This document shows, in pieces, positions 39,590 to 64,000 of a DNA stretch of 64,000 nt. This stretch comes from Blastocystis sp. Blastoise (taxonomy: Eukaryota > Protista > Bigyra: Opalinata), in assembly GCA_039096225.1 (NCBI GenBank), contig JBBPEB010000021.1, positions 806,001 through 870,000 on the forward strand, written 5' to 3'. Position 1 is the first letter of the stretch; each line of letters begins with the position of its first letter. The notes beneath the pieces were generated by a model that saw nothing but the letters and a program-made list of their open reading frames with translations, was not told the origin of the DNA and made no database searches. The position numbers and the translations under genes are program-made.

Positions 39590-40242
39590 TTCTATTTATA
39601 TTTTTATCTATTCGTGTTTGTTTTGTTGAGTATTGTTGTGTTATATACTAATTGAATTTATAAAGTGTATTATTTATGTAAAAAATACATATTCCAAAGA
39701 ATATTAAGTGACTAGTTTAACATTTTATTTTGTATAGATCTATACTTTTTTATTATATATAAAAAAGCAAAGATAACTTGTGTGATGTATATGTAGGTGA
39801 GTAAAACAAAATAAAATAGATTGATCACTAAGATATAAATTTATATAAAAGTATATATAAATATAAGAATAGACGAATTCCTTTTAATAAATGAAAGTAC
39901 TATTATTTACAAGAGAAAGAGGACATGTAATTTTTTTATGAAGAATAAGTAAATAATAAAAAGAAAATAAAATAAAATTATGGAGTATTAAATATAAGAA
40001 TAGACATATATAAATAAGAAATAGACTACTATAGACAAAAATAAAAATATATATTACAATAATTCGAATATATAGAGATATAATAAGAGTAATAAAAAAT
40101 ATATATCAAATAGAATTAAGATATAAGTTTATAAATGTATATAACACTTTATTGTAGATAAAATAAAATAGAATGATATATAATATATATACATATATAT
40201 TAATTCTAAAAGTTTATTTGAATAATAATAATGATTCTTAGT

Positions 40243-42664
<2,422 letters not shown>

Positions 42665-44502
42665 TTATGAAATATTGTTTTTACAAATGTTTCAATATAA
42701 AGTCAAACTACAGCAAAGAGTTCTTCAATAAATATCAAAAATATTTATAACAAAAAAAATTAAAGTATAAAGTATAGTAATTCTTATAATTATCATATAT
42801 GTTTTTAACATCACTATACATACAATACTTGAAACATAATAAGGATAATTCAAAAAGTTTCTTCAGTCATATGGTAAATAACCACGAATATCGAAATTAC
42901 CTCTTTTTGATTGATGTTCTGTTGAATCTTGATGATTTTCTTTCAGCATTTCGTTTTTGAGTTGTTTTTCCATTCACATTCATGATATCATATTGATTTT
43001 TTGTAACAGTCACTATACATATCATTGCGTTAATATATATAAAATAATTGTTTAACTATTTAAGAAATTGGTTTGAAATGAGTGGTGAAACTATCTTCCT
43101 TTTTCTGTACATTGTTAGTTTTAGATGTTTTAAGTAGACTTTATAAATGGAATCCATTATTCTATATCACATAAAGCTCGTTTTAAGTATATAAAAATGA
43201 AATTGAGCTTCTCCTTATTTATTGAAGGGTTCTACAATATTTATTTGATTACTACATATATATTATTCTTTATTTTAGAATCTTCTAGTAAATATTTCAT
43301 TTATTTCTTCAATAATTGTGAATGGAACAATTAGAGAGGACTACAAATTAGTGTCCATGTATGAAAGAGTTATTTCTTAAGAGTTATGAAGTAGTGTATA
43401 CAATTTTATTCCATTTTATATTGAGAATTTCAGCGATATCATATAGATTTGTTTAAGTTTATTCAATAAATAAACTCAAATAACTATTATTAGCAAATGA
43501 AAATACTTATAGAGAATATTAAATTCCAAAAAAAAATGAAGCATTATTAAAAATAACACATTGAACGACAATTTTCATTTTCTTGTCAACTATTACCTTT
43601 ATATATATATATAATTGGTAAACCAAAAAATATAAGGTTGTTTTATAAAGTATCATTCTATTATCATCAATGAGTCAATAATATATGCATTATATAGAAT
43701 AATATAATAAATGACAATTTTATTGTAAGTTTTGACAACTATTTTCTATTCAAATAGCTATGATCATTTTAATTGTTTTTAATAAAGACTTAAATCACTA
43801 TTTCTATTGAAAAAACGACAATCATTTGAAATACTACGTTTTTAAAGTTTTTGATATTTCATATAATGAATATACAGTCATGAATGTAATATCAATATAA
43901 TATATATGAAAGCTAAAGAATCTCTTTATAGATAATTTCGCAATGAATGACTTTGAAGAAACATAGTCAAATCAGTATTTCTGTTACCTACTTCTCTTCT
44001 ATGCGTCATGAACGAAGAATACTATTTAAAAACTAAATTCAAAAGAAACTGGAAACATATTTTCCAGATGAAACAAAGACAGTTTTCAAAAAATACAGTT
44101 TCCTTTTAAAACACTAAAAACTAGTGAAGACCCCCTTTGTTTCATTTTGTCTAGTTGCATTTTATACTTTTATCAATGATATTTAGATTTAAATCAACTA
44201 TACTATATCTAACACATTAGAATCTGTGTGAAAAACAAATTTTCTAAGAATGAACAAAACAATGTAGATAATGAAATATTCATAAAGAATAAAATGAAAC
44301 AAATAAGAACATAGAGAATAAACTAAATATGAAAAGAAGAAAAGAAGATCAAGAAACAAAAAAGGAAAACATAGCGATTGCGAAGAATGAACAGAATCAA
44401 TTGAAATGAAACTAAGTAAGATAATTTGACACAGAAATAGAAGTAATATCCCCAAATAATATGTTTATAATAATAAGCACATCAATAATAATACAAAAAA
44501 AA

Positions 44503-45104
44503 TTAAAAAGTATGTGTTTTAATTGTATTAATATTTCCACATTCACAAGCTTTAGGGTTTTGAGGAGTACCTGGCCAATTAGGTAAAGCTATAGAAATAA
44601 GAAATTAGCTTCATGAACAAATAATAAAAGCTCATATATATAAAAATAAATTATAATAATAAAAAATTACGTGTTCTCATTCTATATTGATTGAAAGAAA
44701 CTTCAATAGATGAAGGATCTGCATATCTAGTTGTATCAAATTGTCTTTTTGTAGGAGCACAATTCTGCATCTATAAATTTTTAAAAAATAATAATTTAAA
44801 AAAAAAAATAATTTACGAAATAAGAAAAAAAAAATTTAAAAAAGATAAAATAAATATATACTTGAAGATACAGAACATCATAAAGGTCTCCTTTGACATT
44901 CTTCACATTTTTTCCTTTGTGATAATCTTCTTTATTAAAGGCATAGCCAAAATCGTTATACATCTTCTTAGCAAGAACTTCTTTTGGTGAAAGGTTGTAA
45001 GGTTTGTTTCTGTATAACGACAATTCATGAACAGTACATTGACTTGTTGAATTTTCAAACATTTCAGGAGCAGAGTAATTATCGGCAAATATATCGGGAT
45101 TCAT
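44503..45104 (-). CDS. Hypothetical protein of about 140 aa (3 exons)
   Basis: MNPDIFADNY...DVLYLQ|MQNCAPTKRQF...MRT|PLPNWPGTPQNPKACECG...HTF*; two GT-AG introns keep frame; no family recognised. Confidence 0.65.
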
Positions 45105-46775
45105 TTTTGTATTTAAAACAGAGTAACTTTGTATAATGCATGTAATAAGAAATAAAAATATATTTTTTATTTTTTTGGTGAATAAAAAAATGCCATACAA
45201 TTCTAAGTCATCATGGAACCATTTTATAGTTCAGTCCAATAAAAACTTTGCCTCTAGGATGTAGATAAATCCCGCGATTCTTCAGTTTTTTATATTCATC
45301 AGAAGAAATTTCACGACTTTTCGTCATCGTAGTCCAATCAATAAAGCGAATTTGACATCTATTATCCAATAACATAAGAAATCTCCTGGGAGAAATCCAA
45401 TCAAATAGAAATGGAAGAATCACGACCTCTATTTCAAAATTCGAGAACTTCTAGTAGATCAACATTCTAAACGGTTGACAAGTTTTATTCTGTTCAATGG
45501 AGAAGTCGAAACATTATTTTTATTACATTTGTTGAATTCATTCAGTTTTTTTTTAAATATTTGCTTACTTAATTCATATGCATTGAGTCTCTCTTTCTTT
45601 AATTCTGTGTTCTCAAAGTGAAAGGAATATTGTATTTCAAAAAATTGCTTTTTAAAGAATTTTTTGTCTATTTCTTCATTAATATCACTTTTTTTATGTA
45701 TTATTGTATAAAACAATATTTATTCTTGTCGATAATCACATTATATTTAAATATAATTATTTTCTTGGCATACAAATAAAGAACAATGTTGAAAATTTTG
45801 GTTTTTGTGAAATTTACTCATAGGGTACAGATTGTATTAAATTCAAATAATATTATATTCAAATAAATGAATTCATATATCCTAAAAAATTCAAATACTC
45901 AATAGGAAACATGATGGGATTTCAAATATTTGAGATACACACGTATAAATACCAAGAAATAGTATTTGCAGTTACGTAATTGTTCTCGATAAACTCAAAC
46001 ATATACCAGAAACACGACACTTTTTGAAATTTCACATTAATGTACTTTTTATCAAACACTAGCATTATTTTTCATTCTGTAATAATGAGTGAATTCTATT
46101 TTATTTATTACAAATAGAAAAGAATCAAAAATTCAAGAAAATTATATTAGAGAGTATCTAATGCACAGAAAACTCATTCGCCATTAGTGTATGATGGTCT
46201 ACAATACAATTGAATATATTTCTCAATCAACCTAAACACTTTTCATACAAATGATATTCATAATTAAAACAGCACTTAATCTAGAATAGCTACTTTATAA
46301 ATCTTATTTATTCTTATAATCTATGAATGGATATTTCCATATATGAATCATTATTCAGTTATAAATGGAAAATAACAGTATTTTCTTTTCAGTTAAAATG
46401 AGCAAAAAAAATCAAGAAAAAAAGAATTCGGATTGCGTATAATAAAATGGCTCAAACTACTTGAAACTTTAATGAATTAAATATAGATTCAGATAAAGTG
46501 AATTAGAATAATATATTCATATCATATATATAATAATATGTACAAAAGTAACATATTAAACGTTTATTCGCTCATTTACGACAGAAATCCTCACATAGAG
46601 ATTCAATTGTTTCAGTAGAACCGATATCCCCGTGGAAATAATAATGGTTTGTACTGTTTTTATTTTTATTTTCATTTTAATGCAAACGACAGCTTTCCTC
46701 AATATGTTAAATGATCCATTTCGTTGTAAGCAATAAATATTTTATTTTTCATTTCTCCAGAAAGTACTCCTAAAT

Positions 46776-47901
46776 ATGGCAGCCTCACTTGGTAAAACAC
46801 TTATGCTTATTACTATTTATATTGCTATTTGGTCATCTTCACCTATTTGGGTAAAACTGAGTCATGCCGATGGAAACGAATATAACAATAAAGGTCCGCT
46901 ACTTATTGTAGAGATCACCAAACTCTTTGCATCTCTTATTATTATTCAAATTGGAAATCCTAGTCATGGTATTAAGAAATGCATGAAATTCTCTCAAGGA
47001 ATTTATCTCCTCTTACCAGGTATATATATTTCTTTTTTTAAATAATATCTGAACAATTGCTTACGTCATCATTGACGCATTATGTTTATTATGCAATTTT
47101 TATGTGTAAAATATGTTTTAAATACTTATATATAGCTTTCTTATATCTTGTTGTCAACGTTGCTAATTGGGATGCACTTAAATACTTGAATCCTGCTACT
47201 TGTTCTCTTCTTATGAATTTAAAGCTTTTAAGTACTGGTATTCTTACTGAAGTATATTTTGTGATATTAAATTATTTGATTTGATATTATTCTAATGTTA
47301 AATAGAATTATTATTATTATTATTTTTTTTTTTAGATTATTTTTAGACAAAAGTTAGGATTAAGAAAATGGATTAGTTTAATCATTATTACTATTGGTGC
47401 TTGTCTTGCTCAAGTATTTATATGTTATTGATATTCAAAAGAAAACTATTATTATTATTATATATATAGGTATCTGATAATTTCAGTATAGATAGTATTT
47501 ATGGAGTTTTATTAATGTTAATTCATTGTTTATGCTCTTCTCTTGCTTCTGTCTATTTTACATGGTAAGCTATTATATATAGTTTTGTATAAGAAATTTA
47601 TTTTTTTGCTTTATTATGTTTATTATTATGTTTATTATTATTATATGCTCTCTAGGTTACTTAAGAATCAGACATTATCTTTTGGTTTATGGGAGAAGAA
47701 TGCTTGGTTATATTTCTTTGGTATTATAACGAATATCTGTGTTCTTATAGTTACTGATAAAGATGTTCTGTTAGGAAGAGATATTAAGAATTATAATTCT
47801 GCTGCTATTATGTCTGTAGTTGTCTTTGTTACTGGAGGTATATCCGTTTCTTATATATTAAAATATCTTGATGCTATTTATAAGGAGTATATATATATAT
47901 A

Positions 47902-47934
<33 letters not shown>

Positions 47935-48349
47935 CATTAATATATTTGTTATTATTATTATCTTTATTATCTCATCATCCTTTTCTATATAGAATTTGTA
48001 GTGTTCTACTTGTTTTCGTTCAAATTGTTATGCAAGTTGTTTTATTTAATGATATTCCCAATAAATATTTAATTAGTGGTTTTATTGTTGTAGTCATTGG
48101 TGTTGTTATGTACAACTATGATGTATATAGTTTCTATTAAATCTATTATTATTCTAAACATTATATATATATAGTTAATTACCGGAGCTACTTCAAAGAA
48201 TCAAGGTATATATAATATATTTATACTATTATTTTTAATATTTTTCATTTATATAGAAAATTCTTCAAATGATCAAGAAGAAAAGAAAAATGTATTTAAT
48301 TTCTTCTTTACTTCTATTTAACATCTTTATATAGTTACTTCCCAAGTAA
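46776..48349 (+). CDS. SLC35A-type nucleotide-sugar (UDP-Gal/CMP-Sia) transporter
   Basis: IVEITKL, LPAFLYLVVN, LNPATCSLLMNLKLLSTG, SSLASVYF, KNAWLYFFG, GGISVSYILKYLDAIYK. Confidence 0.88.
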
Positions 48350-48694
48350 ATCCATATTACTGTTACAATTTAAATAGAATTCGACACTGTATTATTCAAT
48401 GTTTATGTAATAAATCTATTATTATTATGTCATTCATCTATGTTTTCTCTATAATCATTGCTTTTAGCAATTATTATCTGTCAATGCGTCTTGAAAATAT
48501 TTTCTATTTTATTATTAAAATTGTTTTTGTATATTGGCTATTAACATAGTTGTGTTTACATTCATTGAAGTATTAAATAACAATACTTAGAATAATAGAA
48601 TGGCATAAAAAATATATTATTAAAAAAGAAGAAAAGTAATAGAATACAATTTATATATATATTTTTTAAATTCATTTATTAATAATAAGTATGT

Positions 48695-50302
48695 TTATTT
48701 CTTCATATATAATGATGATAAAGGAACTGGATTATCATCTTGTAAAAAGAAACTATTTAATTGTAATGTCGAATTAGAATTCGATATATTCATAGAAGAA
48801 GAGTCTTTAAGTACAGAAATAGAAGTAGGATTTATTGCTCTAGAAGAAGAAGAAGGTATATATGAAGAATTATTTAATGAATTATTTAATGAATTATTTA
48901 TTGAATTATTTATTGAATTATTTATTGAATTATTTAATGAATTATTTGAAAAATTATTTAATGAATTATTTAATGAATTATTTGAAGATACAATAGGAGA
49001 ATGGATAGATAATTGAGAGGTATCTGGATAAAGAATTTGCTTGTCTTGTGTTTTTGATGAATAATCATGATTATTTGATGAATTCTTGAGATTTCGTTTC
49101 TTATTCTTTTTATTAGAAACTGTATTATTTTTTATATTCCTTTTTTCATGATTTGTTATATTATTTGTTCTTTTGTTTTCATTAGTTTTATTTATATTAT
49201 TTTGACTATACATAGAATCATTAGTATCTAGATATGTATTTGTAGATAATGTATTTGAGTTCGCTAAAATCATATTTTGATTTGTATATAGAGACAGAGA
49301 AGGATTAGATATATTTGAAGTAGAAGGAGTAGATAAAGAAGAAGAAATAGGTATAGTTGGATAAGTAGGTATACAATAAGTAGATGAAGGAGACATAGAT
49401 ATGTAATTAGTAGGAGGTAATAATACAGAAGAAGAAGGAAGTATCTGAGAATTGACTGATATTGGCTGAATCATAGAAGAAGAACCAGAAGATAAAGATA
49501 AAGGATATAATGAATTTTCAGGAATATCATAATTTATAGAAGATGTTGAATCCGCTACTATTTTTGTATTTATAGGTAATAAATTCATTCCTATAGTATT
49601 TATAGTTGGTTGATTCGATGAAAATGAATCTATATTTTTTGATTGATTTATTTCTCTTGAACTCATAGGTCGCTGAGAAGCTTGTAAGGAATTCATTGAT
49701 ATATTATTTGAAGAATTATTTTGAGAAACTTCATTTTGTCCTGAAATTATTTTATTTGAATTCTCCTTTATAGAAAACTATATTTATATTATTTATTTAT
49801 TTATTATATTGAAAAAAGTATTTATGTATAAAAGAATCTTATTATATTAAAGAATTGTTATTATTTTATGATATTTTTATAAATATGATAATATATATAA
49901 TTATATATAAATAATATTATAAATATGATAATATATATAATTATATATAAATAATTTTATAAATATAACTATATATAAATATACATCAGGAAGATCACCA
50001 TAATAAACAGTCTGTTCATCAACTTTCTTTCCATAATAAAGTAAATTCTTAAACACATTCTCAAGTAAATCTGTAGCATCATTAAGTCTTCCAAGATTCT
50101 GATTCTCTTTCACAGCATCTAAAAGTTCTGAATTTAATCTCAACCCCTTTATATATATAATAGCTAAAAACAGTATAATAATATATATATTATCATTCTA
50201 TGATTTTTAATTAAATGAAATAATAGTTCATACCTCATCAATCAACTCTCTACATATTGACTTTTGTGAAGATGTTAATTGATTTGTAATATTGAGTGAC
50301 AT
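48695..50302 (-). CDS. SSXT (SS18/GIF N-terminal) domain protein with a Ser/Asn-rich disordered tail
   Basis: LRLNSELLDAVKENQNLGRLNDATDLLENVFKNLLYYGKKVD fits the SSXT consensus (N..LI..I.ENQN.GK......L..NL.YL...AD). Confidence 0.7.
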
Positions 50303-50554
50303 CACTATAAATGCTTTAATATATCTTTATTTCCTTCACCTTATGCAGTTCTATTTAGTAATAATATAGTATATAATGAAAAATATTCCAAAATAAGCAT
50401 AGACTACAAACAAAACAATACTTTTTGATATTCATGAAAAATATGAAAGAGTTCTAGTTACGAACTACATATTTCCGTGAAGATAAAAATATCATTTTTT
50501 TTTAAACCTAAAAACTATTTTTTTCTTTTTTTAGTGTTGTATATATTGAATACT

Positions 50555-51494
50555 ATGAGTGATAGTATATATTCTTTTTTGGAATTATTATCGTTATATA
50601 TCTAGTCCTTAAGAGAACTATCAAAGTTGGAAATCTGACAGAATTGGTGTCTGATCCAATGCTAATAGCATTGTTCTCAAGTTGTGGACAAATTGTTTCA
50701 CTTAAAGTTTCAGGAGATCATCAAGTATATTTTTTTTTATTCAATTATTTTTAGTATACATTTTGTTTTTCTACGTTTGCCTTTTTTTATTTACTCTATG
50801 AACTATTTTCTAGAACGCTACAATTGTTTTTGACAGTGAAAATAGTGTCAATGATGCTATTAGTCGTAATGGTACTGAACTCGGTCAAAAGGCTATTACA
50901 GTTACAAGAGGCATAGGTCTTTCTTCTGGTTCCAATGTAGTTGTTCCAGAAAATGGTGTATACACACAAGTATTTAATGATTAAATAAAATTATCATTAA
51001 AAAAATAAATTTTTTTTTTTTAATTATTATTATTATTCTATTTTAAATTTTTAATTAAATATAGAAAGCATTGATAGATTTAGTAAACTTTATATTAAAT
51101 GAGCCTCCTGAGAAAAGAGAAGCCTTATTAAGAGAACAAAAAACAGTTATGACTTCTGAACAACAATCTGAATTAGTTTTATTATATTCTAAACTTGCAA
51201 GTATTTATTTTATTAGTGTTGATTTTAAATATTCTTTTTATCATTATTATTTTATATTGTATATATTATATATAATTAATTATATATATAGCAAAAAAGA
51301 AGTGTCAAGAAGACTTTATAGCTGCTATTGAAGCTGCAGATAGTCCTAATTATGTGTATATACATATTATTTATATATATATATTTATATATATTTCCTG
51401 CTTATTTTTACTTGTTTTTATTTTATTTTTTTAATATATTCTTTTTATTCATAAATAATGAAATAATAAGTGTATGAATTAAACATAAGAATCT

Positions 51495-51531
<37 letters not shown>

Positions 51532-51883
51532 ATATATTCTTTTTAGAGAGCCTGAAGATGATGCTAGTAGTGATTCGGATAGTTACAGTAGTTACAGTTA
51601 CAGTAGTTACAGTAGTTACAGTAGTCGTAGTCCATCTCGTGAACGTTCTCGTTCTCGTTCTCGCGACCGCTATCGCCGCGAAGAACGTGATGTTCGCGAT
51701 CGATATACAAGACCTAGTCAATATGAAGATAGAGATCGTTTAAGAAGAAATAGCAGAGATCGATATCGAAATACAAGGGATGAACGTTTTAGAGATGAAA
51801 GAAGAAATAGTAGAGACCGTATGAGAGATCGAGAATACGAACGAAAACAATATGAACAACCTAGAATTCCTCGTAGAAGATAA
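50555..51883 (+). CDS. SR-like splicing factor (RRM + RS/RD domain; SRSF11/SREK1-like)
   Basis: RTIKVGNLTELV..LFSSCGQI..ATIVFDSE..NGTELGQKAITV (RRM); final exon SYS repeats followed by SRSPSRERSRSRSRDRYRRE. Confidence 0.8.
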
Positions 51884-52409
51884 ATTATTATGGCTTTCAC
51901 AAAATCAATTTTGTTTTCCTCTTATTCATTTTTTTGATCATTCTCGTGTTTTAATTGTATATCTATATATTGTACTCATCTTATTTGAAAATCTATTGCA
52001 TTGTTAATTCATTTCTTATTCTTTATCTTTCAATTAAATAGTCTAGTTCAATATTTTTCATAATTAACTTCACTAACATTGACAAAGTAATGAAGATCAA
52101 TTCATATTGAATCGAATAAGCATAATAATCTGCTTGTTATAACTAAAGTTTCAAATGTTTTCTTTTTTTATATCTTGATTGAGTTAATTTTACTTTTATA
52201 GGCATTTATAAATTGAATATAATGTTTTTAATATATATTTATAAACTTAAAAACAAACATAATTTGTTTATCAAAAGACAATGAAAAGAAAATAAAATAA
52301 AATTATATAAGATAATCTATTCCACATTAACATAAATATATATATATTTCAAAAAAAATAACATAAACAGAAATCCTACAAATAGAAATAACAACAAATA
52401 CTTCATACC

Positions 52410-52434
52410 AACTTCTAATCAGAATGTTCTTAAG
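52410..52434 (+). promoter_or_regulatory. Putative snRNA proximal sequence element upstream of U2
   Basis: AACTTCTAATCAGAATGTTCTTAAG, begins 61 nt before U2; shared with U12. Confidence 0.8.
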
Positions 52435-52470
52435 GTCAGTTAACCCATTTTTCAACAATTAATTTGAGTT

Positions 52471-52657
52471 GTACCTTCTCAGCCTTATGGCTAAGATCAA
52501 GTGTAGTATCTGTTCTTTTCAGTGTGAAAACTGAAAATCAACCCATTGGGTTGATAATTTTCACCTCATATTTTGCCTTGGGCGGACTATGATGTAGCTT
52601 GCTATATCTTGTCAGCTGGGTGTCTTTGTCATTGCACTTTCGACTCATGACGCCCAC
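52471..52657 (+). ncRNA. RNU2: U2 spliceosomal snRNA
   Basis: ACCTTCTCAGCCTTATGGCTAAGATCAAGTGTAGTATCTGTTCT is the conserved U2 5' domain with GUAGUA; SLIIa/IIb; Sm-like ATATTTTG; SLIV TGGGTGTC/GACGCCCA with an ATTGCAC loop. Confidence 0.97.
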
Positions 52658-52953
52658 CGCCTTGAACACATTAATTTAATTTCTTTTACTTTTGCTTTTA
52701 TTATATAAATGTATTATTTAACAATCATTTATATACATCTATTTCACTAGATAGCAAGCCAAAAGAAGATGACGCTTTTATACATTATAATAATCATGTT
52801 GACAATGCCAGAATATTTTATCTAAGAATCATATATAATAGTGACTAGGTAGTGTTGTAAAAACCAAAAATGATTTTTAAGTTAAAAATAATAATCAATA
52901 TAATATAATAAAGAATCAAAACAAAATAAAAAAAATTATTTTTTTTTACAAAA

Positions 52954-55747
<2,794 letters not shown>

Positions 55748-55972
55748 ATCAGTCTATATATTATGGTTTATCTATTCAATTCTCATATAAACTGTTCATA
55801 ACAAAAAAAACATCTCATTTTTCTAATTTACATTATTAGAATACTATATATATATATTATTTTGATTCATCTATTGATTTCATTTCAAAAACATTCTTTA
55901 TTCTGTTTTTATGTATTTTTAGCTTTGCCTATTCCTATTTCCAACAACATTTTCATGTTACTTGTATTTTTC

Positions 55973-56014
<42 letters not shown>

Positions 56015-56323
56015 TGAGTTATATACGATGTTAAAAAATCATTCATGTGCTTATTCATTCTATTCGTTTCAAATATAAACAATGTTTCTTCTAAATTGTT
56101 CATTAGATGTTGTTAGCATACCTGAAATAATAGATCTACTAATAATTTAAAGTTTATCAATAACTAAATGTATATCCAACGCATTAAACATAATAATGAC
56201 TCAATTTAGATATTTAAACTATTTTCGTAAAAACATTGTAAACTATCTCTTTTAAAAAACACATTTCCCTGATTCTGTTCATTTTATTGTTTTTTTGCTT
56301 ATTTATCTTGAATTCATTATATA

Positions 56324-62184
<5,861 letters not shown>

Positions 62185-62752
62185 ATGAAATAGATATGTG
62201 TTCCATTATATTCTTATTACTTACTTATTCTATTTTAGTAATAGAATAATTATACATAGATATTAAATATATGCATGTGTAAATATATCTGTAATGATTA
62301 TAAAAAGAATTCTTAATAATTTTATGTGTTTCTCTCTGTATAATAATAAAAATGTAAAAGTATTATTTTTATGAAGTTAGTTGTGTTATAAATAAATAAT
62401 GAAAGTATTAAAAAATATTCATGATTAATTAGTATATATATAATATAACAAAGCAATAATTATTATGATATAGAGAAAATAGTCTATAATTCAACTCAGA
62501 AAAGAAAGATGGTGATTATGTTAGAGAAAAAAGTATATAAAGATCACCACAACACGTATGTATGGTACTATTACTATTATTTGTCTTTAATAGTATACAG
62601 CTATGATTTACACATTAATAGATACTTATATTAACAATTAAAAAAACAAATAAATATTTTGGATAAAGAAGACATGACAAATATAGAGATATATTATTAT
62701 AATTAAATAGATTTATGGAAAATTTATATCAAAGACTCATATGTTATATATA

Positions 62753-62855
62753 TTAAAATAATCCAGTAAAATCAATATCGGATTTATTATTCTTTTTAGG
62801 AGCAGGTTTTGGAGCAGGAGAAGTAGGTTTTAAAGGCGTAGCTAGAGAATATATA

Positions 62856-62899
<44 letters not shown>

Positions 62900-63700
62900 C
62901 TTTATTATTATTATTATTATTATGTTTATTATTATTATTATCTTTATTATTATTCATTATAATCTATAATATATAATAAAATATATAGAGAAATTGACAT
63001 CGAAAAGATCGTCTGGTGTAGGAGTAGATTTAGAGGGAGAAGTTGGAGGCTATGGGAATATCATTATAAATATAATATACATAATAATAATAAACAAAAT
63101 AAACAATGAATAATATAATAAAAAAAAGAATAATAAAATAAACATAATAAAATAAACAATGAATAATATAATAAAAAAAATAATAATAATAATAAAAAAA
63201 CATAATAAAATAAACATAATATATACCATAGAATCAAATATATCATCAACAGGATTAGGGACTTGTTGAGGTTGAGGAGATAATTTTGGAGAAATAACTT
63301 TTTTAGGAACAGTTTTTGTGACTGGTTTAGGAGAAGGTTTTGTGACTGGTTTAGAAATAGTTTTTGGAGAAGATTTTGTAGTAGGTGTAATTTTTGGACT
63401 TGTAACACGATTCATAGGAATCTTCATATTGGCTATAGCAATACGACCTACTTTAGCAACAATAGTACCATCGAAGGTAGGTACGATTTCGTTGGGATCA
63501 TTGACATCTAACCATACATAAGTCTTCTTGAATACTTTCTTGAAACGGAAGTAATAGGTTCCTGGAATAGGGAAAGAATTTTGAATGTCACCTAATGTAA
63601 CTGATTCTACTTTTTTATTTAAAGTATAAACATTAGGATGCTCAACATCATCACCATCTTCAGGAATGAAATATTCAATTAAAGCTTTAGGAGATGACAT
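62753..63700 (-). CDS. DIX-domain protein with a Pro/Lys/Thr-rich tail and D-x-F acidic-hydrophobic motifs
   Basis: IEYFIPEDGD..HPN..VTLGDIQNSFPIPGTYYFRFKK..VWLDV..VPTFDGTIVAKV is DIX-like; tail has DDIFD, DDLFD and DIDFTGLF*. The last junction is out of phase as assembled. Confidence 0.8.
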
Positions 63701-64000
63701 TATGGAAGAGATAAAAACAATAAAATTCTATTACTAAAAAAAAAACAAAGAAAACAAAAAGGATTTCTTTTTTGTATTTCGATTTTTTTTCTCGAAATTG
63801 TAAGTGTATTGTTTAATTGTCTGTAATTTTTTATTTTTTCATAATTATCCATATGAAAGGACTAAAATTTCTGGAAAAAACAAATTAAGAATGATGATTG
63901 CAACTGTTTTTCAAGAATGGATTCATTTGATGATTCACGGTAAACTCTCTCTCTTCACAGTCAAAATCATTTTCTCCTAAAAATATAATTAAAAATCAAG

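Noticed and set aside
38503-39622. TGTTTGTT motifs downstream of SLX9 (38503) and bL9m (39615), suggesting Blastocystis-style polyadenylation-created stop codons
   Set aside because: Every complete gene I reconstructed has a genomic stop codon, and the motif is not consistently present after other genes.

Overview
Very AT-rich, intron-dense eukaryotic nuclear DNA in the standard genetic code. It resembles a protist. A Blastocystis-like stramenopile is my tentative guess, from the many 35-50 nt introns, a LARGE-like GT49 and a DIX protein, but the sequence alone cannot establish this. I reconstructed about 22 spliced genes by hand: eIF5B, SLC35F6-like, GT49, GH38 alpha-mannosidase, cathepsin B, two tandem LSD1-like Zn-ribbon Pro-rich genes, SNM1A, an AP2-RsfS/MALSU1 fusion, MUS81, NEMP, a WD40 protein, SLX9, bL9m, PAK, an orphan gene, SLC35A, an SSXT protein, an SR protein, PP2A B'', DEPDC5 and a DIX protein. 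Most ORF-track entries are microsatellite or intron artefacts. Highlights: (1) U12 (minor spliceosome) and U2 snRNA genes that share a 19-25 bp upstream element and a 13 bp downstream box; (2) a mitochondrion-targeted RsfS/MALSU1 fused to an AP2-like domain; (3) introns that are nothing but G(TA)nG; (4) four junctions that splice canonically only at a cost as assembled; (5) a 193 bp hAT-type MITE with an 8 bp TSD; (6) tandem H-lectin-like domains inserted in the mannosidase.
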